From a virus (taxonomy: Duplodnaviria; Caudoviricetes): a stretch of 50,972 nt of DNA. Below the pieces are notes generated by a model, which was not told where the DNA came from, made no database searches, and saw only the letters and a program-made list of their open reading frames with translations. Below are positions 46,756 to 50,972 of this stretch, one piece after another. How positions within the stretch are numbered: the stretch's first letter is position 1; each line of letters begins with the position of its first letter. The translations under genes and the position numbers were made by a program. Location of the stretch: positions 1-50,972 of the IMG/VR virus record IMGVR_UViG_3300044631_002617; one strand, written 5' to 3'.

Positions 46756-48171
46756 ATGACTGACTGGATCCAGAATCCGTTGCAGTCGCTTGAGCCCGTC
46801 AAGGTGGCTCGGCGAATCCTTCACCGCCAGTTTACCGCCCCGGGTGGCATGAGGGGACTGTGGAGGTGGAAGAATGATTGGTGGAGCTGGGAGGGCGGCA
46901 CGTGGCGCGTGCTGGACGAGGAGCGCATCCGTGACCGGGTGTGGCTCGTGCTTGAGGACGCGATGTACGAGCGGCCCACCCAGAACGGGTTGGTGCTGGT
47001 TCGGTACAGCCCGGACAAGCAGAAGGTCGACGGGGTCGTGCGCGCGCTGGAGGCGCTGGTGCGGATTGATGCGGAGGAGGTCCCGCTGTGGCTGGAGGCC
47101 CCGGATGCTCGGTTTCCCGTGGGGGAGACAGTTGCGTTCCGGGATGTTCTGGTCAATGTGAAGACGCTGGAGACCATGGAGCGACCGGCCCGGTGGTTCG
47201 ACACCGCCATCCTGCCCGTTGAGTACAAGCCGGATGCCCCCACCAGCCGATGGCAGCAGGCAGTGAACGAGTGGGGTGACGGGGACCCGGTGTGGGCTGA
47301 GTTGCTGGCGCGGTGGATGGGGTACTGCCTGATGGGCAGCCGCAAGTATGCCCGGTGGATGCTCATGTACGGCAAGATCCGCGGCGGCAAGGGCACGATC
47401 AGCAGCGTGATCCGGAAGTTGGTCGGGCGGGATGCGTTCATGGGCGCGAGCCTGGAGGATCTGGCCGGCGGTTTCGGCATGGACGGGCTCGAGCGCACGA
47501 AGGTGCTGAGCATCAACGAGGTGAGTGAGCTGGATGGGAAGAGTGGCGAGCGGGTGTGTCGGGTGGTCAAGAACATCGTGGGCAGGGATCCGATGACCGT
47601 GGATGCGAAGTACATGCGGCAGCAGCGGAACGTGATCGTGAACGCGGCGGTCATCATGCAGAGCAACGAGATCCCGGTGCTGCCCAACAAGGGCAGGGGT
47701 TTGAGCGGAAAGATGTTGGTTCTGCCGTTCGAGGTGAGCTTTGAGGGCAGGGAGGACCTGGACCTGGAGGGCGAGCTGGAGCGTGAGCTGGCGGGAATCG
47801 CGGCGTGGGCTGTTGCGGGAGCGAATCGGTTGGAGAACAGCCGGGCGGCGGAGAGGTGGCCGGTTCCGAAGGCTGGCGAGCGGGCGGTTCACATGTACCA
47901 CCTGCAGAACAACCCGTTCGATTCGTTCCTTGAGGCACGGTTCGTGAGGAGGAAGGAAGGGTTCGTGAGCAACGTGATGATCAGGAGCCAGTGGGAGGCG
48001 TGGACCAAGGCCAACAAGATCCGGATGCACGTGGCGAACAACATGCTGCCGATGAAGTTGGTGCAGGGGAGCAGCTGGGACCTGCGGCAGGTGAGGCTTG
48101 CGGAAAGTCAGGGCCACGAGAGGGGAATTGCTGGGATGAGCCTCCGGAAGGAGTACGATGATGAGCACTAG
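46756..48171 (+). CDS. D5/P4-type superfamily 3 helicase without a primase domain
   Basis: AAGGAG RBS, Walker A GKIRGGKGT, Walker B LSINE, motif C SNEIP. Confidence 0.88.
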   Translation: MTDWIQNPLQSLEPVKVARRILHRQFTAPGGMRGLWRWKNDWWSWEGGTWRVLDEERIRDRVWLVLEDAMYERPTQNGLVLVRYSPDKQKVDGVVRALEALVRIDAEEVPLWLEAPDARFPVGETVAFRDVLVNVKTLETMERPARWFDTAILPVEYKPDAPTSRWQQAVNEWGDGDPVWAELLARWMGYCLMGSRKYARWMLMYGKIRGGKGTISSVIRKLVGRDAFMGASLEDLAGGFGMDGLERTKVLSINEVSELDGKSGERVCRVVKNIVGRDPMTVDAKYMRQQRNVIVNAAVIMQSNEIPVLPNKGRGLSGKMLVLPFEVSFEGREDLDLEGELERELAGIAAWAVAGANRLENSRAAERWPVPKAGERAVHMYHLQNNPFDSFLEARFVRRKEGFVSNVMIRSQWEAWTKANKIRMHVANNMLPMKLVQGSSWDLRQVRLAESQGHERGIAGMSLRKEYDDEH

Positions 48172-48433
48172 GAGGCGATGGATGAACCCAGACCAGAACG
48201 AGGAAGTGACGCATGAGCAGGTTATGGGCGTGGTGATGGGTGACATCACGCCCCGTGCGAGTGCTGCACTGAAGTATCTGGACTGGCTGGAAGGAGTCAC
48301 AGGCCCGCGCTGGATCGGCACGGACCGGGGAGCTGTGAAGCAGGATGGCAGGAAGCCCCTGGATGTGGAGTCGGAGACCAGGAAGGCCGCGTTGCACTAC
48401 CTGCGGCTGCACTTCCTCGGCGAGATGGACTGA
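48158..48433 (+). CDS. Hypothetical protein
   Basis: AAGGAG RBS, alternative start at 48182. Confidence 0.7.
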   Translation: MMSTRRRWMNPDQNEEVTHEQVMGVVMGDITPRASAALKYLDWLEGVTGPRWIGTDRGAVKQDGRKPLDVESETRKAALHYLRLHFLGEMD

Positions 48434-48458
48434 TTCGGTAAACCGGGACTCTCTCCGC

Positions 48459-48493
48459 GCCCCTGCCTCCTTCGGGAGGTGGGGGTGTTTGTT
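48459..48493 (+). terminator. Intrinsic terminator
   Basis: CCCCTGCCTCC-TTCG-GGAGGTGGGG followed by GTGTTTGTT. Confidence 0.7.
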
Positions 48494-48809
48494 AGGGGGG
48501 ATACCGGAGGTACCAGACTTCCGGTCGCCCCTTTCTTCTATATATACCTATCTCTATTAAAGGAAAGGAAGAGTAGGTATCCCTGGTACTGGTTAGGGAT
48601 TTGGTAGGGAATTTTGAGAGGGAGATACCCTTTCCACTATTATCAGTACCTCACGGTGGGGCCGCTACCCCACCCCCAACCGAACGCACAACGCAGGAAG
48701 CGTGATATCGGACGCAACCCGTGACAGTGCGTCTGTCGCCGCGGATAGTGGTTGTCCTTGGTACCCAAGATCCGTGTGACGAAGCGCCTTCCGTAGGTTT
48801 GCGCTCCCC

Positions 48810-48843
48810 CTCTCTTGTCCCTTCGGATGAAGGGACAAGAGAG
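48810..48843. repeat. Perfect 15-bp inverted repeat
   Basis: CTCTCTTGTCCCTTC-GGAT-GAAGGGACAAGAGAG. Confidence 0.9.
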
Positions 48844-48901
48844 TGTTTCTCCTGTCTTCTTCGCACATTTAGCGCCTACTGGCGCATGAAAGGAGTTCGC
48901 C

Positions 48902-49207
48902 ATGTCGAACGTCCAGCGTTATTCGGGTCTCTCGTCCAGCCTCATCGTCGTGAAGAGCGTGCAGTCTGTGGATTGCTTCGGCAACCAGACCAGCGTGACG
49001 GAACTCGGCGTCGTCAACTCGACCGGCGCCGACATCGTCATCCCCGCTGGTTCCACGCTGTACGTCACCGTCGTGCCCGGCACGTCCTCCGTCAAGGAGG
49101 ACGGTGACGCGAAGACCCGCACCTCGCGCGGGACGGACGTCCGTGTGTGGACGCCCAAGGCGAAGGACGCCGCAGCGACCATCCCGGCCGCTGACGTGCC
49201 GTTCTGA
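48902..49207 (+). CDS. Hypothetical early protein
   Basis: AAAGGAG RBS, biased codons, terminator downstream. Confidence 0.8.
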   Translation: MSNVQRYSGLSSSLIVVKSVQSVDCFGNQTSVTELGVVNSTGADIVIPAGSTLYVTVVPGTSSVKEDGDAKTRTSRGTDVRVWTPKAKDAAATIPAADVPF

Positions 49208-49218
49208 CGTCTCACCCC

Positions 49219-49258
49219 TCCCCTGTACGGCTAACTGCCGTACAGGGGATTTCTCTTT
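49219..49258 (+). terminator. Intrinsic terminator
   Basis: TCCCCTGTACGGC/GCCGTACAGGGGA 13-bp stem followed by TTTCTCTTT. Confidence 0.8.
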
Positions 49259-49424
49259 GCCCTTCGTCCGAACCGGCAACCCATGACAGCAACATCGACC
49301 CCCGTTGCTCGCGTCCTGTGCCGCCGCGTCAAGCCCTCCAGATGCAGGGCTTGTCGCTCTGTTGGTTGTTGGTGCGTGGTGCATCAACACAACTGGCCCC
49401 CGTGGCCAGAGAGAGGAGTTGGCC

Positions 49425-49649
49425 ATGAACGCCAACTGTGTCATTACGTTTCATTCGGCTGTGATCATCGACCGCACGACCTCCGACCCCGGTGCGTGGT
49501 GGCGCGCGACCGAGCGCGATGACGGAACGACGTACGTGGACTGCAAGCGCGACGGCCTCACGTCCATCTCGCTCATCCCGTTCGACCAGTACCTCGAGTT
49601 CCACAAGGCGCGTGGTTGCGAGATCAAGCCCATTGAGACGTTCAAGTGA
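49425..49649 (+). CDS. Hypothetical early protein
   Basis: GAGGAG RBS. Confidence 0.7.
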   Translation: MNANCVITFHSAVIIDRTTSDPGAWWRATERDDGTTYVDCKRDGLTSISLIPFDQYLEFHKARGCEIKPIETFK

Positions 49650-49656
49650 CAACCAC

Positions 49657-49690
49657 TCCCCACCAGCCTTGACTGGTTGGTGGGGATTTC
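49657..49690 (+). terminator. Terminator-like hairpin built from the motif and its variant
   Basis: TCCCCACCAGCC-TTGACT-GGTTGGTGGGGA followed by TTTC. Confidence 0.7.
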
Positions 49691-49744
49691 GTGCCCGGTC
49701 GCGTGACCTGGCACTCTCACCCTGTCCCCCGAAAGGAGACAACA

Positions 49745-50089
49745 ATGTCCATTCCCGCATCGAACCGTCTCGCGTCGCTGTCCCGCATCCAGGACATCAC
49801 GGACTCGCTCCGCATGCTGGCGCTCACCGGACTCCAGCACTTCATCCACGCGGAGTTCGCACGCGGACACCTCACGCCCGCAGATCTCCACATGCTCCAG
49901 CAGGAAATGAGCGGCGTGACCGATCACCTCGCCACGCTCTCGGACATCTGCGAGTCCGAAATCACGCCCGAACCCCACGGCACGCGTGACACCTTCGTCC
50001 CGCATCCCACCGATCACCCGGTGTGCGATTCCTGCAACCACGACCTCGAGCTCAACGCCGACTTCCGCTGCGTCCGCTGCGGAGCGTAA
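49745..50089 (+). CDS. Hypothetical protein with C-terminal zinc ribbon
   Basis: AAAGGAG RBS, CDSC...CVRC. Confidence 0.78.
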   Translation: MSIPASNRLASLSRIQDITDSLRMLALTGLQHFIHAEFARGHLTPADLHMLQQEMSGVTDHLATLSDICESEITPEPHGTRDTFVPHPTDHPVCDSCNHDLELNADFRCVRCGA

Positions 50090-50114
50090 TCCCACCCTTT
50101 ACCAGGACCCCACC

Positions 50115-50426
50115 ATGCCAGCAACATCAAGCGCAACCATCGGCCCCCGATCCGCAACCTTCGACCAAGTCATCGACGTGCCCGACTTGGCGGCAATCTC
50201 GTCCCAGTTCACCATCGTGAACGAGGGCCCGATCATGGACACCCACGACGGCGACGTCTTCACGGTCCGCACCTTCTACCAGCACTACAAACGCACCAGC
50301 GGTGACATCAAGACGGACAGGTGCAACCTCGTCCTCACCTCCAAGGAGTTCATGCAACTCCTCACGATGATCACCGACTTCGCCTCCGCCAATGGCTTCA
50401 CTCCCACCATCCTCCCCGCTCCCTAG
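50115..50426 (+). CDS. Hypothetical early protein
   Basis: AGGA RBS, typical codon usage. Confidence 0.72.
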   Translation: MPATSSATIGPRSATFDQVIDVPDLAAISSQFTIVNEGPIMDTHDGDVFTVRTFYQHYKRTSGDIKTDRCNLVLTSKEFMQLLTMITDFASANGFTPTILPAP

Positions 50427-50434
50427 TCCCTCTT

Positions 50435-50500
50435 CCCCCGATGGGGGGGTCGCTGGTGCGCCCCCCATCGGGGGTTGCAGCGTTTGTTTTTTTCTTCTTC
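50435..50500 (+). terminator. 14-bp hairpin followed by a long T-rich tract
   Basis: CCCCCGATGGGGGG/CCCCCCATCGGGGG, then TTTGTTTTTTTCTTCTT. Confidence 0.6.
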
Positions 50501-50526
50501 TCATTTCTTTCTCATCAGGAGTCCAC

Positions 50527-50972
50527 ATGGACATCAAGTTCGATTCGCTCAACTCGCTCGCCTCCAACGCCTTCGCCAAGGCCGGTCCCTCCGACTACGG
50601 CAACGGCCGCTACTCCGGCACGATCCTCAAGGTCGACGCCGTCACTGCCGACAAGGCCGGCAACTTCTGCTTCCGCTTCCGCATCAACGTCGCCATCGAC
50701 AAGCACGAGGGCAAGCCCAACCTGTTCGTCAGCGACCAGCTGACCTTCACCAAGCGCGACGACGCCGGCAACTACGACTTCGTCTGGGTTGCCGTCAACC
50801 AGTTCTGTGACCTGGCCGCCATGGCTGGCGCTGACCGCACCGCCCCCTACAACCTGTTCCGCTCCCTCGCCAACCAGTTCCGCAGCAACGACAAGTCCGC
50901 CGTGCGCGACACCATGCTCGCGCTCGCCGAGATCGCCAAGATGCTGCCCGGCACCCGCGTCGCTCCCAACAT
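50527..50972 (+). CDS. 5' part of a 206-aa junction-spanning protein (continues to 302), possibly SSB/OB-fold-like
   Basis: AGGAG RBS then ATG (MDIKFDSLNS...), open to the window end and in frame with ORF 57..302. Beta-rich core and acidic C-terminal region. Function is a guess. Confidence 0.8.
   Translation, partial: MDIKFDSLNSLASNAFAKAGPSDYGNGRYSGTILKVDAVTADKAGNFCFRFRINVAIDKHEGKPNLFVSDQLTFTKRDDAGNYDFVWVAVNQFCDLAAMAGADRTAPYNLFRSLANQFRSNDKSAVRDTMLALAEIAKMLPGTRVAPN
50846..50972. repeat. Terminal direct repeat, copy 2
   Basis: Identical to 1-127. Confidence 0.97.

Larger units (their letters stand above)
321..49685. repeat. Genome-wide dispersed 10-mer GCTGGTGGGG (variant GTTGGTGGGG)
   Basis: 35 exact copies found by eye (15 on +, 20 on -), coordinates listed in findings. 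Confidence 0.95.

Noticed and set aside
49283-49522. 79-aa Cys-rich ORF as a confident gene
   Set aside because: It has no clear RBS, atypical codons and overlaps the better-supported 49425 gene. Only its start region resembles the 1078 gene, so it may be a remnant.
321-49685. The 10-mer as a CRISPR repeat, a phage promoter or a KOPS-like polar signal
   Set aside because: It is too short and irregularly spaced for CRISPR, mostly intragenic in both orientations, and shows no consistent polarity.
50846-50972. 127-bp repeat as a biological terminal repeat
   Set aside because: It falls mid-gene and its length matches a common assembler k-mer, so it is best read as a circularisation overlap.
1-50972. 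Stop-codon reassignment or a temperate lifestyle
   Set aside because: Core genes are intact in the standard code and end in TAA, TAG and TGA. I recognised no integrase, repressor or partition genes.

Overview
The window is a complete, circularly assembled genome of a GC-rich tailed dsDNA phage. Bases 1-127 are repeated exactly at 50846-50972, so the unit genome is 50,845 bp. The rightward arm (about 48.9 kb through the junction to 18.5 kb) carries small early genes, DUF932, a UDG, a family-A DNA polymerase, a DUF6878/DUF6915 pair, an ERCC4 nuclease, a detached tail-fibre/membrane block, a metallophosphoesterase and a PD-(D/E)XK nuclease-AAA ATPase-SSB recombination module. The leftward arm (46.7 to 18.5 kb) carries terminase, portal, scaffold, major capsid, tiny basic proteins, tail parts and Gln-rich probable ejection proteins, which is a podovirus-like layout. 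A D5/SF3 helicase gene sits between the arms. I found no integrase, tRNA, CRISPR array, RNA polymerase, primase or recognisable endolysin. Some genes hint at a Planctomycetota host (inference). The strongest unexplained signal is the non-palindromic 10-mer GCTGGTGGGG, which is E. coli Chi plus GG. I counted 35 exact copies and about 14 GTTGGTGGGG variants by eye, on both strands, in at least five reading-frame contexts and in terminator-like stems. The second is a ~390 nt run of hairpins at 3022-3415 that looks like an undescribed structured RNA. All family calls come from motif recognition, not database searches.
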